A stretch of 64,000 nt of DNA from Candidatus Aenigmatarchaeota archaeon. GTDB lineage: Archaea > Aenigmatarchaeota > Aenigmatarchaeia > CG10238-14 > SpSt-28. Below the pieces are notes generated by a model. It saw only the letters and a program-made list of their open reading frames with translations. It was not told the DNA's origin and did not search any database. How positions within the stretch are numbered: the stretch's first letter is position 1; every line of letters begins with the position of its first letter. The translations under genes were made by a program, and so were the position numbers. Of this stretch, positions 18,352-27,474 are shown piece after piece. Location: the NCBI GenBank assembly GCA_038997165.1, contig JAWBAK010000002.1:21542-85541 (forward strand), written 5' to 3'.

Positions 18352-18711
18352 TTACTTTATTTTACAGCCACAAAGCTTTACTAAACAATCTTTAAAAGAT
18401 CTTAAACCCAAATAATTACATATATTTTTGTAACTTGCAAAATCATCTCCATCTTTTACACCAATATCTTTATTCTTGATTTTTGATGATAAATCATCTT
18501 CTGAAATTCCAAGATCATATGGACTACTTACTTCAATTGCTAAACATTTTGTTTTATCAACTATTTCCGAACAAAATATACTTTTTATATTTTCTCTTTT
18601 CATCCAATCTAAAGGGCTACTTCCTATTCCTAGCCAAGATAAAACAAAAAGTGCTGTTACTATTAAAATTACAATTATTATTATTATTTCTAGTGTTGTT
18701 AAAACTTTCAT
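18352..18711 (-). CDS. Pilin-like protein with a C-terminal Cys cluster
   Basis: MKVLTTLEIIIIIVILIVTALFVL...C...C...C...CLVKLCGC. Confidence 0.65.
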   Translation of the reverse strand: MKVLTTLEIIIIIVILIVTALFVLSWLGIGSSPLDWMKRENIKSIFCSEIVDKTKCLAIEVSSPYDLGISEDDLSSKIKNKDIGVKDGDDFASYKNICNYLGLRSFKDCLVKLCGCKIK

Positions 18712-18744
18712 AATAATATATTAAGTAGTTTTTAAATATTTTTT

Positions 18745-18817
18745 TGGGCCCGGCGGGATTTGAACCCGCGACCTACCGGTTAAGAGCCGGCCGCTCTACC
18801 TACTGAGCTACGGGCCC
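18745..18817 (-). tRNA. tRNA-Lys(CTT)
   Basis: GGGCCCGTAGCTCAG...GCCGG-CTCTTAA-CCGGT...GGTTCAAATCCCGCCGGGCCCA; no intron, no encoded CCA. Confidence 0.96.
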
Positions 18818-18917
18818 ATAAATTATCTTAGTTTTCTTTTTTCATAGAAAATAATTTTTATTATACAATTATGTTAAATATTAAAATCTATAATATAAAA
18901 AATTTTAAATTTTATCT

Positions 18918-19826
18918 ATGAAAGATTTAGAAAGCAAATTGTATCAAAATTCTCAATATAAAAAATTAGAAGAAAAATTAAGAAAAGAATTAGATGAAAG
19001 ATATCCTATGTTAAAAGAAAGTGAAATTAAAGAAATTCAAACTGTTTTTTCTTTTATACCCCATGCAACAGAAAAATATATTGTATTATCAAAAATTAAT
19101 ATTGCAGATATTATAAATTTTAGCTATGCTACATATCTTATAAATTACATTAATAGCTATCCAAATACATTATCATCTTTTTCTGCTCTTATTAACTTAG
19201 CTTTTATTCTATCTTTGTATACATTTTTAATTTTTTATAGAAAAAATTTAAAAATACATGAAATGATTCACTCATATAGATTAAGATATTTTCATTTTTA
19301 TCAAAAAATTAAAGGTAAAGAAAAAGATAGCTCTTTCATTTCTAACATTCGAGAGAAATTAAAAGAAAATGTAATTAATTCTGATAACAAAATTCTTTCT
19401 TTCTTTTCCAGAGAATTTTTGTTAATATTATCTATTCCATCTTTTATAAAATATTTTATAAAAAGTTTTGATAAAAAGAAATTTTATTTTTGGGAAGAAA
19501 AAATTACTGAGTATGAAAAGGAAAGAATAACTGGTAAAAAATCTTTTCTTCTTTCCAATCGAGAAAGAAAATTTTTAGAATTTTTAGAATCTTTAAGAAC
19601 AGATAGTTATATACCAATTGAAGAAAAACAAATAGATAAAATAAAAAATTCAAATTTAGATGAAAATTTAAAGAATTTAATTTTAAATGAAATAGAAGAA
19701 ATAAAAAGCAATAAAGAATTTAAATTTTTTATTGAAAATATTCCTGTTTTTATTCCAAAATACGAATTAATAGATAAACTTTATGAAGAATGGAAAAAAT
19801 CTTCTAATCTTTATCAAAAAAACTAA
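18918..19826 (+). CDS. HExxH metallopeptidase-like protein with hydrophobic helices
   Basis: TM-like segment, IHEMIHSY, later WEEKITE. Confidence 0.5.
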   Translation: MKDLESKLYQNSQYKKLEEKLRKELDERYPMLKESEIKEIQTVFSFIPHATEKYIVLSKINIADIINFSYATYLINYINSYPNTLSSFSALINLAFILSLYTFLIFYRKNLKIHEMIHSYRLRYFHFYQKIKGKEKDSSFISNIREKLKENVINSDNKILSFFSREFLLILSIPSFIKYFIKSFDKKKFYFWEEKITEYEKERITGKKSFLLSNRERKFLEFLESLRTDSYIPIEEKQIDKIKNSNLDENLKNLILNEIEEIKSNKEFKFFIENIPVFIPKYELIDKLYEEWKKSSNLYQKN

Positions 19827-20252
19827 TAAAAATTTTTCTTATAATATCTATAATTAATCCAAAAAATAATAAGTAAAAGAGAAGTTCAAAGTTAATTGTT
19901 ATTTTTATTATATCAAAATTTAAAAAATTTTTATATTCAAATTCTATTTTTCCAAAATTTAAAACAAAAACTATAAAAATTAAAATAAAAATAGAATAAA
20001 TTATAGAAAAAACTTTTGCCATTTTATTTTCTAATAAAATTGAAAGAAAAGAAGAAAACGAAATTGTTAATCCTAAAAAAAAAAAAGAAGATAAATATTT
20101 GTATTATAGGTTTCGATAATAAAGCTACAAAAATTAAGATTAAAAAATTTGCAATTGATAATTTCATAGTTTCCTAAAATTATTATTAAAAAAGGTAGTG
20201 TAAAAAACAAAAAGTTTAGTAAAAATATAAAAAAAGCTTTTACTAATTTCAT
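19804..20252 (-). pseudogene. Membrane protein gene frameshifted at a T12 tract (149 aa if T13)
   Basis: ATG 20252 overlaps the upstream stop and reads to a TAG just after the poly-T (A12 at 20075-20086 on +). Adding one T joins it in frame to ORF 19804-20022. Confidence 0.65.
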
Positions 20253-20764
20253 ATTTTTAAAAATTGAGAAAATTTTGTTTGAATAATAAATGATATTTTT
20301 AAAACATCTTCAATATTTATAACTATAAAACCTTTAAGTTTTGAATTATTAATTTCTTCAATTATTTTATTTTTTATTTCGTTAGGATCTTTATAAGTAT
20401 CTATTAATTTAGTTGCATAGTTCTTAATTTCATCTTCTAATAATGTTTTATTTAAAAAATTTATAAAAACACTTTTTTCTTTATTAGCTTCTATATCTGT
20501 TTCTAATTTAATAAAACTAATAGTTTTATTAAAAATAAATATATTGAAATCAAAAGTTAAGTTTTTAATTTTTAGAGGGCTTGGATTAAAAATTGTAATT
20601 TCTCGGATTTCTATTTCAGATTTTTGTGTTTTTTCAAAAATTTTAGAGTTAGAAATAAAAAAGTTAATTAAAGTAAAAATCGAAAGAAAAAATAATATCA
20701 AAGAAATTAAAAACAACAAAATTGAAAATATAAATAATAATTTATTAATTAACTTTATTTTCAT
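20249..20764 (-). CDS. Membrane-anchored LEA_2-like protein
   Basis: N-terminal TM helix, then ITIFNPSPLKIKNLTFDFNI, an LEA_2-like motif. Confidence 0.45.
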   Translation of the reverse strand: MKIKLINKLLFIFSILLFLISLILFFLSIFTLINFFISNSKIFEKTQKSEIEIREITIFNPSPLKIKNLTFDFNIFIFNKTISFIKLETDIEANKEKSVFINFLNKTLLEDEIKNYATKLIDTYKDPNEIKNKIIEEINNSKLKGFIVINIEDVLKISFIIQTKFSQFLKI

Positions 20765-20809
20765 AATAAATTTTGCATAAACTTAAATAAATACATCTAA
20801 ATACTTATT

Positions 20810-21136
20810 ATGGAATTCGGAATAAAAATAAAGAAAAGAGACGGAAAAGTTGAAGATTTTATTATAGAAAAAATTGTTGTTAGTATTTTAAGAAGTGGTG
20901 CAGATATAAAAACTGCTAGAAAAATTGCTTATATTGTTTTAGGAAAAATACTAGAAAAAAATAAGAAAGAAATTTCAACAAAAGAGCTAACAAAAATTGT
21001 ACTAAACTTACTTAAAAAAGAAAATTCTATAGCATACAAGAATTGGATTATATTTAATAAATATTTAAAGAAAAAAAGAAAAGATTTGGAAAAAGAATTA
21101 TCAAAAAATTTATTAGAATACTTAAAAAAGAAATAA
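20810..21136 (+). CDS. Stand-alone ATP-cone domain protein
   Basis: IKKRDGKVEDFIIEKIVVSI...ISTKEL...V...L. Confidence 0.85.
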   Translation: MEFGIKIKKRDGKVEDFIIEKIVVSILRSGADIKTARKIAYIVLGKILEKNKKEISTKELTKIVLNLLKKENSIAYKNWIIFNKYLKKKRKDLEKELSKNLLEYLKKK

Positions 21137-21150
21137 AAGAGGGGAAGGAA

Positions 21151-22302
21151 TTATTTAAGTACTTCAATTCCAAGCAAACTACTTGTTTCTCTTGTTAAAG
21201 CTCTTTCAGTTGAAATTCTTCCTAAAATATATGGAGACTTTACTCCAGTAACTATTGTAATAACTTGAATTCTTCCTTCGTATTCTGGCATAATTCTTGC
21301 TCCTACAAAAACTGTTGCACTAGGATCTAATTGAGAGTATACATGATGCATTATTTGATGCACTTCTTCTAATTTCAAATCTTCTCCACCAGTTACATGC
21401 ACTAATGCACCAGCAGCTCCTGTATAATCAACATCTATTAATGGATTTTGCAATGCTTTCATAACAGCATCTCTTGCTCTATCGCTCGAAGAGCTTTCAG
21501 CTATTCCTAGTGCTGCAACACCACCACCTGTACTCATTACACTTCTTACATCTGCATAATCTAAGTTAATTAAACTAGGTAACGTTATTGTTTCGGTAAT
21601 TCCTTTTATCATATTAGCAACTAATTCATCTGCAACTGCAAAAGCTTGTTGCAATGTTAAATTTCCAGCATATTTTAGTAATCTATCGTTTTCAATAACA
21701 ATAACAGTATCAGCATGTTCTCTTAATCTAGCTAATCCTTCTTCAGCTTTGAATCTTCTAGATCCTTCTGCACTAAATGGCATTTCAACAACTCCAATAA
21801 CTAATGCTCCCATAGATTTTGCTATCTCTGCAACTACTGGAGCAGCTCCAGTACCAGTACCTTTTCCTAATCCAGCTAATACAAAAACCATGTCTGCTCC
21901 TTCTATAGCTTCTTTAATTTCGTTTCTACTTTCTTCAGCAGCTTTTCTTCCAACTTCAGGAATTCCACCACAACCTAAACCCCTTGTTAATTCTCTTCCT
22001 ATTAAAATTCTTTTATCTGCTTTTGTTACAGCTAAATGTTTTGCATCAGTATTTAATGCTACAGTGGTAGCTCCATAAACTCCTAATTCATGCAATCTTG
22101 TAATTGTATTGCAACCAGCACCCCCAACACCTACTGCAACAATTTTTGCTTTTTTAACATCTACACCAAATTGTTCTTTTGCTAATTGAAAATAATCTAC
22201 ATCTTTTCTAATTACTCCACTAGAAACTTTTGCAGCTAATCTTAAGTTTGGATTTTCTTCTTCAAGTGCTCTTCTTAGTGCAGATTTTATTATTGTCTCC
22301 AT
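21151..22302 (-). CDS. ftsZ: Cell division protein FtsZ
   Basis: VGVGGAGCN, NTDAKHL, GLGKGTGTGAAP, INLDYADVR. Confidence 0.97.
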   Translation of the reverse strand: METIIKSALRRALEEENPNLRLAAKVSSGVIRKDVDYFQLAKEQFGVDVKKAKIVAVGVGGAGCNTITRLHELGVYGATTVALNTDAKHLAVTKADKRILIGRELTRGLGCGGIPEVGRKAAEESRNEIKEAIEGADMVFVLAGLGKGTGTGAAPVVAEIAKSMGALVIGVVEMPFSAEGSRRFKAEEGLARLREHADTVIVIENDRLLKYAGNLTLQQAFAVADELVANMIKGITETITLPSLINLDYADVRSVMSTGGGVAALGIAESSSSDRARDAVMKALQNPLIDVDYTGAAGALVHVTGGEDLKLEEVHQIMHHVYSQLDPSATVFVGARIMPEYEGRIQVITIVTGVKSPYILGRISTERALTRETSSLLGIEVLK

Positions 22303-22474
22303 TGTTTTATCGAAATCTATATATTTATGTTCTACGATTATCTATTTAGAAGCTTCAGAGCCTAAAAGGTGCCATTATCTCCTAAAGAATTTCGACCCCC
22401 CTATAAAATTTCTCTTTGTTTATAGGATTTATTATTTTCTATAAAAAATTGTATAAATGCAATTTAAATTTTCG

Positions 22475-23095
22475 CTATTTTAATTCGATAAAAGAAACGT
22501 AACAAATAAACTTTTTTTCAATTCTTTTACCTATTTTTTTAATTTTATAAAGTTTTTGATTAAAATTTTCGATTATAGGAACTAGCAAGATACCATTATC
22601 TTTTAGTTGATTAACCCAAAATGGTGAAATTTCTTTTGTAGCGGCGCTTACAGCAATTTTATCAAATGGGCTATATTCTTCTAAGCCGTATTTTCCATCT
22701 CTTAGAAAAATCTTACATTTATCTATATAATTGGTTTTTTCCAAATTTCTTTTTCCAAATTCAAAAACATCTTTATCTATTTCTATTCCATAAACTTCTC
22801 TTTTTGTAATTTCATAGGCATAAGCTAATAAAATTCCTGAACCAAATCCTATTTCTAAAAATTTATCGTCTTTTTTTAATTCTAATTCTTCCAAATATAT
22901 TGCATGCATGTGTGGAGCAGAAATCGTGGCATCTTTAACAATAGGCAATGGCATATCTAAATATGCTTTATCTTTTAAATCTTCTCTAACAAAATCTCTT
23001 CTATCAACTTTGAGAAACGCTTCTTTAACTTCTTTTCTTTTAATAATTTTTTCTTTTTCTAATTTTTCAACCAACGCTTCTAAACTATAATGCAT
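22475..23095 (-). CDS. pcm: Protein-L-isoaspartate O-methyltransferase
   Basis: VDRRDFV, AYLDMPLP, TISAPHM, LEIGFGSG. Confidence 0.92.
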   Translation of the reverse strand: MHYSLEALVEKLEKEKIIKRKEVKEAFLKVDRRDFVREDLKDKAYLDMPLPIVKDATISAPHMHAIYLEELELKKDDKFLEIGFGSGILLAYAYEITKREVYGIEIDKDVFEFGKRNLEKTNYIDKCKIFLRDGKYGLEEYSPFDKIAVSAATKEISPFWVNQLKDNGILLVPIIENFNQKLYKIKKIGKRIEKKFICYVSFIELK

Positions 23096-23098
23096 AAA

Positions 23099-24829
23099 TT
23101 AAACAAGTTTCCATTCTTTTAATAATTCTTTTTCTTCTTCGCTTAAATAATCAAAATATTTTTTAAGTATTTCTAAATCTTTTTGAGAAATATCAGAAAC
23201 TAAAATATCATCTTCTTCGAAAGTTCTTCCTATAATAGCGTTTTCTATACTAATTGCAACTTTTTCATTTTTAGTAGCAAATTCAATACTTCTATTTTCT
23301 TTTTGTATATCGTTAACAATTCCTACTTCTTTTCCATCTTCTCTTTTTAATTTAACACCTTTAAATAATCTACCTTTTAATATTTCAACACCAAAAATCG
23401 CAGGATTACTTCTTCTAAATATAAAACCTTTTAACACTTTAATAATTACAGGTCTATTAATTTTCGATAATTCATATTTTGCTTCATTTCTCTTTTTTTC
23501 TTCTAAATAATTTTTTATTTCTTCAACAATTCTATAAATTACATTTCCTTCAATAATTTTTACATTTTTTTGATTTAATGTTTCTCTTTCTTCTTCGCTT
23601 ATTTGAACATTAAATAAAACTAAAATTTTATATTTTTCGTCTCTAATTAAATCTAAATCAATAATATCTTCTTTCTTTAATTTCCCAACACCAGTTTTTT
23701 TAATTGGTATTTTCTCTTTTTCTAACATATTAATTATAGCTTCTAAACTTCCAAGAGTATCTGCTTTTACTATTATTCCATCTAATTCTTTTTTAAAAAT
23801 TATGTTTTCGAAACTCATTTTTAATTCATTTTTTAATTTTTCAATTTCTTTTTCATCCTTTATAACTCTAAATTCACTACCAGCAATTACATTTTCTAAA
23901 TTATCAGCAAAAATTCTTATACCGGCAGAGGCTACTATTTCGTTAACATACTCAAATTCTTTTTCATATCTAATGTCTTTTAATTCTTTAGGAACCATTA
24001 TGAATTTTATTTTTGTTATTATTGGTTCATGTGAAGCAATTACTATTGAATCTCCTTTTTTTAATTTTCCATCATAAAGAATGCAATCAGCAACAATGCC
24101 TAAACCTTTTTGTTCTCTTAATTCTAAGATTATTCCTTTTGTTTCTTGAGAAATGTATAGTCTGTCTTTAAGAAATATTTGAGATAATCCACTAATAATT
24201 AGTAATAGTTCAGCTAACCCTTCTTTTGTTTTAGCAGAAACAGGCACTATTGGTATTTGTGATTTGAAATCGGTAATTCTATCGAATCTTTCACTAATAA
24301 AATTAAACTCATATAGTTTTGCAACTATTTCGTATAATTTTTTATCTAATTCGAAAATCGTTTGTTGAGATTGAAATAGTACACTTTCTAAAAAAGATAA
24401 AGAATTAGAATTTTTCCAATTTGGCAATTTATCAATTTTATTTAAAGCAATTAAAAAAGGAATTTTATAATTCTTTAAAATTTCTAAGCATTCTATGGTT
24501 TGTTCTTCGATACCTTCAATTATATCAATAACTAAAATTGCAATATCAGAAATACTTCCACCTCTTTTTCTTAAGTGAGAAAATGCTGCGTGACCTGGAG
24601 TGTCAATTAATAATATTCCATTGAATTTTATTTCAAATTTAAATTTTTTTAATAAATCTCCACAAATTTTTTCTATTACATTTTTTGGAATGAAAGTTGA
24701 AGAAATGTGTTGAGTAATTTGTCCTGGTTCTTTTAAAGCAACTAAAGAATTTCTTATAGCGTCAGCTAAAGAAGTTTTGCCATGATCAACATGACCCATT
24801 AATGTTACTATTGGTGCTCTTAGCTCCAT
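23099..24829 (-). CDS. infB: Translation initiation factor aIF5B (IF-2)
   Basis: LRAPIV..MGHVDHGKT, ITQHI, DTPGHAAF, NKID. Confidence 0.97.
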   Translation of the reverse strand: MELRAPIVTLMGHVDHGKTSLADAIRNSLVALKEPGQITQHISSTFIPKNVIEKICGDLLKKFKFEIKFNGILLIDTPGHAAFSHLRKRGGSISDIAILVIDIIEGIEEQTIECLEILKNYKIPFLIALNKIDKLPNWKNSNSLSFLESVLFQSQQTIFELDKKLYEIVAKLYEFNFISERFDRITDFKSQIPIVPVSAKTKEGLAELLLIISGLSQIFLKDRLYISQETKGIILELREQKGLGIVADCILYDGKLKKGDSIVIASHEPIITKIKFIMVPKELKDIRYEKEFEYVNEIVASAGIRIFADNLENVIAGSEFRVIKDEKEIEKLKNELKMSFENIIFKKELDGIIVKADTLGSLEAIINMLEKEKIPIKKTGVGKLKKEDIIDLDLIRDEKYKILVLFNVQISEEERETLNQKNVKIIEGNVIYRIVEEIKNYLEEKKRNEAKYELSKINRPVIIKVLKGFIFRRSNPAIFGVEILKGRLFKGVKLKREDGKEVGIVNDIQKENRSIEFATKNEKVAISIENAIIGRTFEEDDILVSDISQKDLEILKKYFDYLSEEEKELLKEWKLV

Positions 24830-24860
24830 AAACTTCCATAAGCAAAAGATTTATTTTAGA

Positions 24861-25901
24861 TTATAAAATAAGTTTTGCAACAAATTTACTTCCTTTTATT
24901 CCATCTACTCTTTTTATTTCTATTATATTTTTGTTTACTAAATCTTTTAGTAAATAGTTAAACATTCTTCTTTTAATATTAAATTTTTTGTTTATTATTT
25001 CAAAAAGCTCTGTAGTTGTCATTTCTTTTTCTTTTAATAAATTAATTATTTCTTTTTGTCTTTCATCATAAATTAACTTAATTTTTTCATCCAAAGTATC
25101 AATTTTTTTCTTTTCAAAATTTTTGATTACTTCTTTAATTATTTCAACACTTAATTTATTTTCATTTTTATCTAATAAAATTTCTAGTGCTTTTTTTAAA
25201 ACTTTCAAAATTATTCTTACATCACTATTGTAATTATAAGCTAGGTTTGCAATTAGAGTTATTGCAGCTTTATCATAATTATTTTGAAAAATTAATTTTA
25301 CTCTCTCTTCAGCAATTGTTTTAAGCTGTTCAAAAGTATATTGTTTAAATTCTAATTCATCAAAATTTAATGAACTTAAAACTCTTTGATCTAAATTTAA
25401 AATAAAATCTTTATTATTTGAAATTAAAATCAAATAAGGATAATAATTATATAAAAAGGTCATTCTTGAAAAAATATAAAGAATTTCATTTATATCTTTA
25501 ACTTTATCTATTTCATCTATACATATTACAATCTTTAAATTTGAATTTTTTAAATAATTGACAATTCTTTCTAATATTTCTTCTTTTGAAACACCCCTTA
25601 TTTCTAAAATTTTTAATTCTTCTGCGATTTTAGATAATAATAGCGATGAAGTATTATAAACGAAAGCATTAAGATAAACATATTTAACTCCTAATATTTG
25701 AAAATTTTTAAAAACATATTTAACGCTAGCTGTTTTTCCAAGACCACTACTTCCAAAAATTAAAAGATAAGTTGGTTTAAAATTTTTGGAATATTTTTCA
25801 ATCTTATCTTTAATAAAGAGAATTTGAGATTCTCTAAATGGTAATTTTTCTGGGATATAATTTTCATCTAAAAAATCAAAGATATTTTCTACAGCGCTCA
25901 T
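24861..25901 (-). CDS. cdc6: Orc1/Cdc6 replication initiator
   Basis: YIPEKLPFRE, GSSGLGKT, IDEID, RVLSSL, C-terminal wHTH. Confidence 0.9.
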   Translation of the reverse strand: MSAVENIFDFLDENYIPEKLPFRESQILFIKDKIEKYSKNFKPTYLLIFGSSGLGKTASVKYVFKNFQILGVKYVYLNAFVYNTSSLLLSKIAEELKILEIRGVSKEEILERIVNYLKNSNLKIVICIDEIDKVKDINEILYIFSRMTFLYNYYPYLILISNNKDFILNLDQRVLSSLNFDELEFKQYTFEQLKTIAEERVKLIFQNNYDKAAITLIANLAYNYNSDVRIILKVLKKALEILLDKNENKLSVEIIKEVIKNFEKKKIDTLDEKIKLIYDERQKEIINLLKEKEMTTTELFEIINKKFNIKRRMFNYLLKDLVNKNIIEIKRVDGIKGSKFVAKLIL

Positions 25902-25932
25902 AATTAAATATTTAAAGTCAGTGTAATGTTTT

Positions 25933-27033
25933 ATGGATATAAATGAGAGGTTAAAATTGATTAAATTACCACCAACTGAAGAAATAATTACAGAAAAAGA
26001 ATTGATTGAATTATTACAAACAAAAAATAATATAGTTGCATACGATGGATTTGAACCAAGCGGATTACTTCATTTAGGTAGCGGAATATTAAGATCGATA
26101 AAAACTAATGATTTTATAGAAGCCAAAATTAGATTTATAATTTATATTGCGGATTGGTTTGCATATTTAAATAATAAATTTGGTGGAAACCTAGAATTAA
26201 TTAAAAAAGCAGGAGAATATTTTATCGAAGGTTGGAAGGCTTGTGGAATGAAAGTAGATAAAGTAGAGTTTGTTTGGTGTAGCGATTTAATTAAAGATCC
26301 AGAATATTGGGAAATGTTTTTGAAGATATCTAAATTAGTAACTATTAATAGAGTAAGAAGAGCTGTAACTGTTGCTGGCAGACAAAGCATTGAGATTAAA
26401 AATCCAAGCTTATTAATTTATCCCTTAATGCAAGCAACAGATATTTTTATGCTAAATAATAAAGAAGGTATTGATATTTGTCAACTTGGTATGGATCAAA
26501 GAAAAGTTAATATGCTAGCTAGAGAAATAGCCGAAATTTTAGGAAGAAAAAAACCAATAGCTGTTCATCATCATTTATTATTAGGTTTACAAGCCGGAGA
26601 AAGAATGGGTAAATTTGACGAAGATGAAAAAGTAAATAGAGAAATAAGTTTTAAAATGAGTAAAAGTAAACCAGAAACAGCAATATTTATTCATGATAGT
26701 GAAGAAGATGTTAAAAGAAAAATTTTAAATGCTTTTTGTCCACCTAAGCAAATAGAAATGAATCCAATTTTAGAAATTTGTAAATATATTATTTTTAGAA
26801 AATTTGATAGAATGATTATTAAAAGAGAGGAAAAATATGGTGGAAATATCGAAATCTTAAGTTATGAAGAATTAGAAAAATTATATATTGATGGAAAAAT
26901 TCATCCATTAGATCTAAAAAATGCTGTAATAGAATATTTAAATATAATTTTAGAACCAATTAGAAATTACTTTGAAAAAGAAAAAGCAAGAAAATTATAT
27001 GAAATAGTAAAAACAGCACAGATTACCAGATAA
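25933..27033 (+). CDS. tyrS: Tyrosyl-tRNA synthetase
   Basis: YDGFEPSG.LHLG, YPLMQATD, GMDQRK, KMSKS. Confidence 0.97.
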   Translation: MDINERLKLIKLPPTEEIITEKELIELLQTKNNIVAYDGFEPSGLLHLGSGILRSIKTNDFIEAKIRFIIYIADWFAYLNNKFGGNLELIKKAGEYFIEGWKACGMKVDKVEFVWCSDLIKDPEYWEMFLKISKLVTINRVRRAVTVAGRQSIEIKNPSLLIYPLMQATDIFMLNNKEGIDICQLGMDQRKVNMLAREIAEILGRKKPIAVHHHLLLGLQAGERMGKFDEDEKVNREISFKMSKSKPETAIFIHDSEEDVKRKILNAFCPPKQIEMNPILEICKYIIFRKFDRMIIKREEKYGGNIEILSYEELEKLYIDGKIHPLDLKNAVIEYLNIILEPIRNYFEKEKARKLYEIVKTAQITR

Positions 27034-27093
27034 TATTTATCATTATTTGTTACTACTGAAAAGTATTTATATTTTTTCTTTCTTAAATATAGT

Positions 27094-27450
27094 ATGTTCA
27101 AAGGACCTTGTGGAAAAGTAAAAGACTGGAAAGAGTTGTTAGATGAAAATACAAAGCAAACTTTAAAGGAATTGATTCAGAAAACTCAACTCTATATGCC
27201 AGCAATATGTGCAGCAGATGATGTAAAAATAGCCCAACTTTGGATAGCTTTAGTAATGTTAAAAAAAGAATTGGATGAAAAATCAAAGCTTTTAGAAATT
27301 GCAGTACAACCTTGGAAAGCAATAATAGAAATAGGAGAAACAGAAAAGAGAAAAACTATTGAAAGAATAGTTAGCGATATAATTCAACCAAAAGATAAAG
27401 AACAAAAAGAAATTGTTGATAAGTTGGTAGATTCATTAATGAAATTCTAA
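27094..27450 (+). CDS. Hypothetical helical protein
   Basis: 118-aa ORF with genome-typical codon usage. Confidence 0.6.
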   Translation: MFKGPCGKVKDWKELLDENTKQTLKELIQKTQLYMPAICAADDVKIAQLWIALVMLKKELDEKSKLLEIAVQPWKAIIEIGETEKRKTIERIVSDIIQPKDKEQKEIVDKLVDSLMKF

Positions 27451-27474
27451 TCTTTTTTTATTTTTTTATTTGTA

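Noticed and set aside
22303..22430. Fluoride riboswitch or cdrS-like ORF upstream of ftsZ
   Set aside because: GGAGATAATGGC only superficially resembles the crcB motif and the pseudoknot partner is not found. The ATG there gives only a 6-codon ORF.
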